Positions 19,116 to 27,282 of a DNA stretch of 31,364 nucleotides are shown here, in pieces. The stretch is from positions 1 to 31,364 of the forward strand of contig JANOAV010000109.1 of NCBI GenBank assembly GCA_031411295.1, written 5' to 3'. Position numbers and translations under genes: made by a program. Source of the DNA: Verrucomicrobiales bacterium. Lineage in GTDB: Bacteria; Verrucomicrobiota; Verrucomicrobiia; Verrucomicrobiales; V1-33. Position 1 is the first letter of the stretch. Every line of letters begins with the position of its first letter. The notes beneath the pieces are model-generated. The model had not been told where the DNA came from and did no database searches. It saw nothing but the letters and a program-made list of their open reading frames with translations.

Positions 19116-22100
19116 CTAATTCTCATAAGTCATTCCAAACACAGTGTCTGTCAGCCAACCCATAAAGGATTCATTGTCCTGAAATTGCTTGAAGAGCTGG
19201 GCGTCATCTTTGAAGAGTGCCGTGATAACTCGTTGCAGGGCCTTGTCGTGTTCAATCTTGGCGTTCTGTCGGTCGGAGTTCTTCATGGCATTTTGATACT
19301 TGGCATCCGCCGCTACTTTCTTGGGGATCTCGCCCGTGATGCGCTGCTCCATCCGTTTTGCATCTGCGAAAAGGCCGCCGAACTGATCGTTAAACGCCTT
19401 CACAATATTTGAAAGTCGATCCATTTCAGGCTGACCCTTGTGCCCTCCACCAGAGGTTGGCACGGGGTCGATCTCTGCATCTGCGTCTGGAAGCGCAATG
19501 GCCACCATGGCTTTTTTCTCCGCACGGTAGCTGTCCATGTCGATGGCTTCCAGAATGCCTTTGGCTAGGTCTTCTTCTATAGGCGCAGGTAGCTTTGAGA
19601 TCAGGAAATTGAGGAATATTGAAAGTTTCTCCCATTCCTGCACACCATAGGGAAGGATCGTAGCTAGGAAATCATAGGTGCGTGTGAAGCCCTTGGCTTT
19701 GCCCTTGAAATCCACCTGACCATCCTCATCCAACTCTTCCTTATACACCGCCACGCAAGCATCGAGAATTGGGTCGAGCTTATCGCGGTCGGCTCCACCC
19801 AGATAAAGTTCCACCAGTGCGTCAATCTGCTCAGGTGAATAAACCTGATAGCGATCCAGGTCTCCCTTCAGCGTGTGCAATTTATTGGCATCCGTCTCTT
19901 TGCTGAGAATGGTTGTGCGGTAGTAATCAGCGAAAGACTCCTCGATGAGTTTGGTGTCGTTCTGGAAATCGAGGACGAAGACAGCGTGCTTCTTGGGGTG
20001 TGCCCGATTCAGGCGGGACAGCGTTTGCACAGCCTTGATACCGGAGAGCGCCTTGTCCACATACATCGTGTGCAGCAAAGGCTCGTCGTAACCAGTCTGG
20101 AACTTGTCAGCGCAGATGAGGAAACGATACGGGTCTTCTTGAATCTTGTCGGCAATGTCGTTGCTCGGAAATCCATTCAGCTTCGATTCGCTCACCTTCT
20201 CGCCCTTGAATTCCGGCTCGCCTGAGAACGCCACGATGGGGCGGTAGGGGCTTTTAATCTCCGTGAGGTAGGCATTGAACGCGAAGAAATATTCAATCGC
20301 ACGCTGGATACTGCCGGTCACCACCATCGCCCGCGCCTGACCGCCAATTTTATTCTGGCCGATCACCTGTTCGAGAAAGTGGTCCACCATGATCTCCGCC
20401 TTGTCGCGGATGGCCTTGCTGTGGCTCTCCATATAGACGCGCAGCTTCTTGCGGGCTTTCTTCACGTCATACTCGGGATCGCCTTCCACGGTCTTGGCAA
20501 GGCGGTAATAACTTTCGACTGGCGTGTAGTTTTTCAACACGTCGAGGATGAAGCCCTCCTGAATCGCCTGCTTCATCGTGTAACCGTGGAAGGGCGTGTG
20601 CTTTACTTCGCCACCTTCGGAATACTTCACGCCGAACATTTCCAGCGTCTTGTTCTTCGGGGTCGCAGTGAACGCGAAGTAACTGGCGTTTTTGGCGAGC
20701 TTCTTGTTTTTGATCCGTTCTTCGATGGCATTGTTGATTTCATCCTCGCTGTCCGCCACGGCCTGACTGACAGCGGATGCCGTCCTGCCACTCTGGCTGG
20801 AGTGCGCCTCGTCGATGATGATGGCAAACTTTCCGCCGCGATGTTCGTCACCGATGCTGTCGAGCACATGGGGGAAGGTCTGCACCGTGGAAATGATGAG
20901 CTTCTTGCCGTCCTGGAGATACTTGGTGAGCTGTTCCGTCTTGGAGGTGCCCGCCCCCTCCTTCACCGCGCCGATGATGCTGCCCACCTGGGCAAAGCCT
21001 TTAATCGTCTCGCGGATTTGTTTGTCGAGAATCCGTCGGTCGGTAATGACGATGACGGAATCAAAGACCGCCTTCCCGTCCTTCGTCAGGCTGATCAACT
21101 GATGCGCCAGCCACGCGATGGAGTTGCTCTTCCCGCTGCCCGCGCTGTGCTGAATGAGATAACGCTTACCCGCACCATGCTCCATCACGTCGGCTAGAAT
21201 CATTCGCACCACATCAAGCTGATGATAGCGAGGGAAAATTTGCACCTGCTTCTTCTTGCCCGTCTTCGGGTGAATCTCCTCCACCACCTGCGCGTAGTTC
21301 TCCAGAATCTCCGTCAGCCGCGCCGGGGTGAGGATTTGCTTCCAGAGGTAGTCGGTCTTAAGACCGTCCTTATTCGGCGGATTGCCCGCGCCGTCATTCC
21401 AGCCCAGATTGAAGGGCAGGAACCACGAGTCCTTCGCCGTGCCACCCTTGCCTTTGAGGGCAGTGCACATAGCCACTTCATGATCATCCACCGCAAAGTG
21501 AACGACGCAGCGGCCAAACTGAAACAGCGTCTCGCGGGGATCGCGGTCGCGTTTGTATTGCTCTATGGCATCCTCGACGGTCTGCTTGGTCAGGCTGTTC
21601 TTCAGTTCGAAGGTGATGACCGGCAGCCCGTTGACGAAGGCGCACAAATCCAGCGACCTCTTATTCTCCCGGCTGAAGTGCAGTTGCCGTGTGATGCTGA
21701 ACCGGTTCTTCGCATTGCGCTCCACCGCCTTCGTATTTTCGGCCGAGGGCTTACCGTAGAACAGGTCAAAGCTCAGCGCCCCATGCTTGATGCCGTGGCG
21801 CAGCACATCGATTACCCCGCGCCGCGTGATCTCCCCTTGCAGTCGGGCAAGGAACTTCTGCCGCGCCATGCCTTGCTTGTCTTTGTAGTTCGCAATGCCC
21901 AGCTTCGCCCATTCCTCCGGCTGCGTGGCGCTGAGAAAGGCAAAGAACTGCTCCGAATCCACCGCAAACTCGCGGTCATAGGCGGAGTCACTTCCCGCAA
22001 TCCAACCACTGCCGCCCTTGGTTGATGCAGCCTCAGCCACGACGCCCGGCGTGCCAGAGGTCGAGCCATTCGTCCCGGTCATGTGGCGCATGATCAGGCT

Positions 22101-22133
22101 TTCGAGTCCTTTTTCGGTGGTGTCGGCTTTCAT
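19116..22133 (-). CDS. hsdR: Type I restriction enzyme R subunit
   Basis: Nuclease motif D...FELKN; QHSAGSGKS, DEAH, FTATP, QTGYD and QTLSRLNR all intact. Confidence 0.96.
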   Translation of the reverse strand: MKADTTEKGLESLIMRHMTGTNGSTSGTPGVVAEAASTKGGSGWIAGSDSAYDREFAVDSEQFFAFLSATQPEEWAKLGIANYKDKQGMARQKFLARLQGEITRRGVIDVLRHGIKHGALSFDLFYGKPSAENTKAVERNAKNRFSITRQLHFSRENKRSLDLCAFVNGLPVITFELKNSLTKQTVEDAIEQYKRDRDPRETLFQFGRCVVHFAVDDHEVAMCTALKGKGGTAKDSWFLPFNLGWNDGAGNPPNKDGLKTDYLWKQILTPARLTEILENYAQVVEEIHPKTGKKKQVQIFPRYHQLDVVRMILADVMEHGAGKRYLIQHSAGSGKSNSIAWLAHQLISLTKDGKAVFDSVIVITDRRILDKQIRETIKGFAQVGSIIGAVKEGAGTSKTEQLTKYLQDGKKLIISTVQTFPHVLDSIGDEHRGGKFAIIIDEAHSSQSGRTASAVSQAVADSEDEINNAIEERIKNKKLAKNASYFAFTATPKNKTLEMFGVKYSEGGEVKHTPFHGYTMKQAIQEGFILDVLKNYTPVESYYRLAKTVEGDPEYDVKKARKKLRVYMESHSKAIRDKAEIMVDHFLEQVIGQNKIGGQARAMVVTGSIQRAIEYFFAFNAYLTEIKSPYRPIVAFSGEPEFKGEKVSESKLNGFPSNDIADKIQEDPYRFLICADKFQTGYDEPLLHTMYVDKALSGIKAVQTLSRLNRAHPKKHAVFVLDFQNDTKLIEESFADYYRTTILSKETDANKLHTLKGDLDRYQVYSPEQIDALVELYLGGADRDKLDPILDACVAVYKEELDEDGQVDFKGKAKGFTRTYDFLATILPYGVQEWEKLSIFLNFLISKLPAPIEEDLAKGILEAIDMDSYRAEKKAMVAIALPDADAEIDPVPTSGGGHKGQPEMDRLSNIVKAFNDQFGGLFADAKRMEQRITGEIPKKVAADAKYQNAMKNSDRQNAKIEHDKALQRVITALFKDDAQLFKQFQDNESFMGWLTDTVFGMTYEN

Positions 22134-22139
22134 CAGTGA

Positions 22140-23999
22140 TCAGAGGATATGCGTCGCTTTGAAATCGTCTTGCAGAACGTAGCCGCGGGTTCCTGCGACC
22201 TTCGACACAAAGCCAGCCTTCTCGATCTTGTTAAAGGTGTTCCGAATTTTCCGGTAAAAAGTGTCAAACTGCTTGATGTCTCCCTCAGGGCCACTGAGCT
22301 CATACCAGAGGGCAAAAGCCGCCTGCTTCGCGCTGACAGGCTTGGTCTTGCAGAAATGGTTGTGTCGATAGACCACGCCCAGCGCCCCTTTTGCGGTGTC
22401 ATCCAAACCGTCGAACGCCTCTCCGAAGAGAGCCCTCAGTTCCTTGACGTAACTTCGCTGCACGAGCGCCCGATCCGCCACATAGATGGGATACGCCGCC
22501 GTGCTCAGCACGTGCTTGCTGATCAATCCCGCTTTTTCCAGAATCCCCAGCGCTGTGAAATGATTGTTGTCCGGCGTCAGCAGGATCGTGTAGCCCAGTT
22601 GCTCATTGGCCCATTCCGATTTGATCAGATAAGCCAGCACCCGCTTTTGCTCGTCCGTCAGACTGCCGCCGTCCAGTTTGGTTGAGACGTGCCGGTCAAA
22701 GGAGTCGAACAGCCGCTCCATCCGCTCGTTCAGCAGCTTTCCCGCGCACAGGTGCAGGCACACCTCCTCGGAGTAAATGCGGTAGTAAGGCAAGTCGATG
22801 CGGTTCTCCAGGCACAGGTTCACCAGCGTGGCCATGCCGATGCCGAGCCCTTCCCACTTGCGATAGACGCGGAGGACATCGGCCAGCTTCGGATTGCGAG
22901 GCTTGGCCTCTGGCAGGATGCGCCGCACGGGAATCTCAGCATTGCCATCCTCGATGAGGAGCGTCTGCCGGAAGCGCCCTGGGTTGCGGATGGCAATGTG
23001 AATCCCCGGTTTGATCGCAATGATGACCTGCTTGTTCACCGAGTAGTCACGGTGTGCCAGCGCGTTGTTCACCGTTTCGCGCAGCACTTCCTCAGGGTAT
23101 TGTGGCACCGCCTTGCCGCCGTGTTCAGCACTGATGCCCACCTGGATGTTTCGCAGCAGGTAGCCTAGACTGGAATCCATGAGTTGGAGCACATTGTCCA
23201 CGTAGTCCTGTTTGTCCTGCGCGATCTGCTGCGGCACGTCCACGTAACCGTGCACATGGCTCCGGAAGCCCAGCCGGTCTCCGGGATGGTTGCCGCAGAC
23301 CAGTGCTCCGAGGATGGTCACCGCTCCATCCTTCAGAAAGCACCGGCGTTCAAGAAACGGCCGCGCCGAGTTCACGTCCGGTTTCAGTGTCTCCAAGGCC
23401 TGTGATTGGTTCAGGTGGAAGATGAACTGGTTCAGCTTGGTCAGGTCCAAGTCTGCTTCCGACATGCCCGGCACCGGCTGTAGTTCTTTGGCGTGGACCG
23501 CCTCCTCCTTGAACTCCTCTTGCGCCTCCACGTCCCGGTCCGTTACTTTGTGGTCGCCAGTCAGGATGCGCTTGTAAGCGGAGCCGTTGAGAAAGACAAA
23601 TTTCCGGTCCGCCGCTATTTCATCCACATACACGATGGCGATGCGCTCCCCCAGCAGTGTGCGCAGCTCCATGTGGGGGAAACAGTCGCTGAGATCCTGC
23701 TTTACACCCTTCCGGTCCGTGAACAGACGCGGGAACTCCTTCAGGTTTGGCTCCGCGTGGTCCTTCCAGCCGCTCAGCACGTAGCGCCGGGCGGCGCCAG
23801 TGCCCTCCTCCTTCACTCCGAGGATGAGGATTCCACCACGCGTGTTGAGAAAGGCATTCACGCTTCTGTGGCGTTCCTTCCACTCGCCACCGTCCACGGG
23901 CACCGGTTTGATCTCCAGCCACTCCGTCTCCAATTCCACAAATCGCTCTTCCCGGATCAGGGTAGCAAGTTTGATGAGGATTTCGTCGATGGGTTTCAT
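22140..23999 (-). CDS. Schlafen/AlbA_2 domain + HATPase_c_4 (RecG-C-like) protein with probable C-terminal winged helices
   Basis: ETEWLEIK, NAFLNTRGGILILGV and YKR (AlbA_2); LRETVNNALAHRDY, IRNPG, PRNPKLA and EGLGIGM (HATPase_c_4). Confidence 0.85.
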   Translation of the reverse strand: MKPIDEILIKLATLIREERFVELETEWLEIKPVPVDGGEWKERHRSVNAFLNTRGGILILGVKEEGTGAARRYVLSGWKDHAEPNLKEFPRLFTDRKGVKQDLSDCFPHMELRTLLGERIAIVYVDEIAADRKFVFLNGSAYKRILTGDHKVTDRDVEAQEEFKEEAVHAKELQPVPGMSEADLDLTKLNQFIFHLNQSQALETLKPDVNSARPFLERRCFLKDGAVTILGALVCGNHPGDRLGFRSHVHGYVDVPQQIAQDKQDYVDNVLQLMDSSLGYLLRNIQVGISAEHGGKAVPQYPEEVLRETVNNALAHRDYSVNKQVIIAIKPGIHIAIRNPGRFRQTLLIEDGNAEIPVRRILPEAKPRNPKLADVLRVYRKWEGLGIGMATLVNLCLENRIDLPYYRIYSEEVCLHLCAGKLLNERMERLFDSFDRHVSTKLDGGSLTDEQKRVLAYLIKSEWANEQLGYTILLTPDNNHFTALGILEKAGLISKHVLSTAAYPIYVADRALVQRSYVKELRALFGEAFDGLDDTAKGALGVVYRHNHFCKTKPVSAKQAAFALWYELSGPEGDIKQFDTFYRKIRNTFNKIEKAGFVSKVAGTRGYVLQDDFKATHIL

Positions 24000-24044
24000 G
24001 GGTAAAAAGGAAGCTTAGGCCAAGCTCTAATACGTTACCTCAAG

Positions 24045-25166
24045 CTATTCAAGCGTGTCCTGTTCGGTTTCTTCCAGCGCTTCGGCGTCGGAATGTTCGG
24101 GGGCGGCATCCGTGGGCAGGTCCGGCAGCTTGGCGGCGGCTTCGCGCACGTCCAGCTTGCCCGTCACCAGGTCGATATCGATCATTGCCCGTTCAGGATA
24201 AAACGACAATCCATCACGGACGGCTGAATTGTGGTATTCCATCAGCCAGCGATATTTGGCACGGACATTTTCAACTTCGGCACTTTCATAGGCCTTTATC
24301 AGCGCGTTTTTGTGCTTCACCATCGCGTTCATGGCGTGTCGGTTCATGTAGACGGCAAAAAGGTGGTCACTCTCTGCCCGGCTGTATTTACCTGAGTTTA
24401 TTTCCCCATGTTGCTCTCTGTTCAGTCCGTAGGTGTTCAAGTTCGTAACCAGGTTGAGATAGTCGAGGTGGAAAAACCGATCTCCAGCCTCCTGCTTGGG
24501 TGAGATGAAGGAACGTAATTCATACTGCGAAGGCTCATAATCAGTCGCATAATTCTTGTAGCCCTTCTTTGACCGCAGTTCTTCCACATCCTTGGCAGAG
24601 ATGATGATGATCGGATAGACGGCCTTCTTGCTTTCCAGTTCATAAGCCCGAACCAGCGCAGGGCTGAGCAAAGTGTTGTTTTCAAAGTAAAAAGGTCCGA
24701 TGCTGATCCCCCCTCGGACGAAAATGCCGTCGAGAGCACAGTCGGCTTGAGCAAGTATCAGATCGCCAAGCAAGCTGGTGGTGAGGTCATAATCACTCAC
24801 GATGCCTTTGGCTTTGGCATTGTTTAGGCTGGCAGTTATGATCAGGCCATCCGACAAGGCAAAAACACTACGGCCATAAGATGCATGCCCCTCAAGAAGC
24901 TGCTCTGGATCATCGCTTGCCGATGGGTCTTCGAAGGCATCGCGGACCTTCAGTAGTTTCCGATAGGCTTTCTGAAACCCTTCCTCGCCATCGGCTTCTG
25001 CCTTTAGGAGTTCCTCACGAAAACCGAGAATGTCGATCCAAGCGACCACCCTCGTGTCTGGAGTGATGGATTTCTCCCATAGCTCTTTGCGACGTTGCTT
25101 GCGCTTAGCGGCTTTTTGTTCCGCCTTGCGGTCAATATTCTTGAAAAAGTTCGGTGGCAGTTTCAT
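24045..25166 (-). CDS. Class III nucleotidyl cyclase-like protein ending in an HsdS-derived tail
   Basis: VAWIDILGF, ALSDGLII, VRGGISIG, SPALVRAYELES; the C-terminal DLVTGKLDVREAAAKLP is identical to that of HsdS. Confidence 0.7.
   Translation of the reverse strand: MKLPPNFFKNIDRKAEQKAAKRKQRRKELWEKSITPDTRVVAWIDILGFREELLKAEADGEEGFQKAYRKLLKVRDAFEDPSASDDPEQLLEGHASYGRSVFALSDGLIITASLNNAKAKGIVSDYDLTTSLLGDLILAQADCALDGIFVRGGISIGPFYFENNTLLSPALVRAYELESKKAVYPIIIISAKDVEELRSKKGYKNYATDYEPSQYELRSFISPKQEAGDRFFHLDYLNLVTNLNTYGLNREQHGEINSGKYSRAESDHLFAVYMNRHAMNAMVKHKNALIKAYESAEVENVRAKYRWLMEYHNSAVRDGLSFYPERAMIDIDLVTGKLDVREAAAKLPDLPTDAAPEHSDAEALEETEQDTLE
24121..24174. repeat. 54-bp direct repeat, copy 1 (hsdS 3' end)
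   Basis: 52 of 54 bases identical to 25242-25295. Confidence 0.95.
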
Positions 25167-26566
25167 TCACCAGCCTCCTCAGGTTCAGGTTCCTCTAGCA
25201 GCTCTTCCATCCGCTCCTCGGCGGCAGGTTCGGCGGCCACCTCCGGCAGCTTGGCGGCGGCTTCGCGCACGTCCAGTTTGCCCGTCACTAGGTCGGCGGT
25301 CAGGCGCGTCCGGTATTCCTGCATCAGCGCGATTTCTCGCTCGGTGCGGGCGATGGCGGTGTTGCGAGCGTCCAGTTCAATATCAAGGTAATTGACGATC
25401 TCCTTTTGCTCACCGAGTGACGGCCAAGCTGCAACTTGGCAGCGAATTCGTTGCACATTCAGGTTCTCCTGGGTGCTGGTGATGGACGCTCTGTCTAATT
25501 CGCCCTTTAGTGCAATGAAAACATAGTAGAGGAAGACATTGTCCACCTGACTCTTATCAGGGGAAAAACCAACCGCGCTGTCTGGAAAGCAGGCATCGAA
25601 GTTGAGAATTGCCACGTGTCCGGTCTTAGCTCCAGTGATGATCATTGCCAGTGTCCCAGCTTTAAACATTTTGCTAATAGCAAGTCCGCGTTCGTTAAGA
25701 GTCTGGGAGTGGTCGACGATGAACTTGTCGACCGCTGACATGTCACCGGTTTGGATGAAAGGATATGGTCCGCCATAAAATTGTGGAGCGTTACGGGGAC
25801 GATGGGAAAATCGCCCTCGCATCACTTGCGATTTCTGTCCGATCCTTGCTACTTCCCAATGCTTCGGGATGTCGCCGAGCCAGGGGATGCCGGAGGGCTT
25901 GAGGGGGACGTCGGGGTGGAGGCCGCGGGTGACGGCGCGGCGGATGATGGCCTGCTTCTGCTCGTTCAGCAGCCCAATCAGCTTCCGCTTGGCGCGGATG
26001 AAGCCGTCGATCTTCCGGTTCGCGTGGTCCAGAAACCGCACGATGGTCGCTTGCTCGTCGGGCGGCGGGAGAATCGCTTCGATGCGTCCGAGGTCATCTG
26101 AGTAAAGGCGAAGACGGCTCTCAATGACTCCAGTTGATACGGCCTTGATGCGCCCCTTGTAGAGAGGAAGCCGGAAAAGCTGATGAAAATACCAAGGCTG
26201 TGCGCCCTTGTTTAAGCGGTAAACGCAATAGGCCGGACTCGCGATGCCATCGAACCGCGAAACGCCCATGCTGCCGTTCCACGCGAGCATGATATTGATG
26301 ACGAGGTCATTCACCGACACCCGCTTGTAGCCAACCAGTGAAGCGGCCCGTGTGTCCGGGGCATCTGAACCGTCCGCAGCTTTTCGCTGCGTCACGCCAG
26401 TGTATTGCGACACGCGAAGCAATTGCTCCTTGCCGGTTGTTGAACGCGAATCAATTTCGCGCAGGAGTAATTTGGTGCGGCGGACAACCCAATGCGCTGG
26501 AACCTTGCCGAGCCATTCCTGCCCCGACTCCTTATAATCCGGATACGGCTTGAGTCATTCGATCAT
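25163..26566 (-). pseudogene. hsdS: Type I R-M specificity subunit with an in-frame TGA at codon 4
   Basis: SD GGAGGGGGAG, then ATG 26566: MIE*LKPYPDYKESGQEWLGKVPAHW, in frame with the 419-aa ORF. Two TRDs and the internal repeat LKPSGIPWLGDIPKHW are present. Could be a sequencing error or read through. Confidence 0.8.
25242..25295. repeat. 54-bp direct repeat, copy 2 (within hsdS)
   Basis: 52 of 54 bases identical to 24121-24174; offset 1121 bp. Confidence 0.95.
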
Positions 26567-27282
26567 GGCTCCCCCTCCAACGGAGATGTCAGCACGAAGG
26601 CGAGGAATGAATGTCCAAGATTGGAAACAATGATTTTCGGGTCTTTGCTAGGTTCCTCAATCAACAGCATTGACTCACCATAAACTCCTGGCAGATCATG
26701 GATGTTCTCGCTGATTCGGACTAGCCCGCGCGCTTTCAAGTCTTCGCAAATAAACTTGAAAAAGAACGGCTCAATCTCCTGATTGCAAATTGCTGAAAAA
26801 GTCTCGATAAGTTTCTGATAGGATTCCTGATGAGCGACTTCCTCCTCGTGCTTTACGAAAAAGTTCATTACTACCAAGTGAGTTGGCGTAAGTTCGTCAA
26901 CGAACCTGATAAAAAGGAGTTGCGCTTCGTTTGAGGCCACGGCCGCATTTTCGACTGCTGTCTTTAGCGCTGTAAGCTTCTCGATTTGATGGTTTCGAAC
27001 AGCCGCCCAACTTGCTTGAAGCAAGACGGATTGGAATGTTTCATCCTGCTGAAGCCTTTCCACGAGATTGTGCTCGTTCTTTTCGAGCTTCTGGATTGCG
27101 GCGGCAACAGATTCCACCCATTGAGTTCGCCGTTTTTCAATTGGTGGTGTTACCAATGCGTTGAATATTTCAAGCAATGGACCGCCTACAAACGGAACTG
27201 CAGAAATGCCGGCGCGGGCAGCTAAGTGGCCATGATCTCCCGCCGTCTTTTCAGGAATCATGAATTCTGGATGGTCGTTCAT
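26563..27282 (-). CDS. Abi-alpha/DUF4393-like protein inserted between hsdM and hsdS
   Basis: AVPFVGGPLLEIF...EKRR, FVDELTPTHL, and a C-terminal wHTH-like DLKARGLV...SNLGHSFL. ATGA overlaps at both ends. The gene is well supported; the family call is tentative. Confidence 0.6.
   Translation of the reverse strand: MNDHPEFMIPEKTAGDHGHLAARAGISAVPFVGGPLLEIFNALVTPPIEKRRTQWVESVAAAIQKLEKNEHNLVERLQQDETFQSVLLQASWAAVRNHQIEKLTALKTAVENAAVASNEAQLLFIRFVDELTPTHLVVMNFFVKHEEEVAHQESYQKLIETFSAICNQEIEPFFFKFICEDLKARGLVRISENIHDLPGVYGESMLLIEEPSKDPKIIVSNLGHSFLAFVLTSPLEGEP

Noticed and set aside
24045..25166. Pycsar or CBASS call
   Set aside because: No cNMP-binding TM/TIR effector and no CD-NTase motifs nearby.
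26555..26557. Genome-wide UGA=Gly/Trp recoding or selenocysteine
   Set aside because: hsdM, hsdS, the alpha-E gene and the permease end at TGA at their expected C-termini, and the position corresponds to Gly, not Cys.
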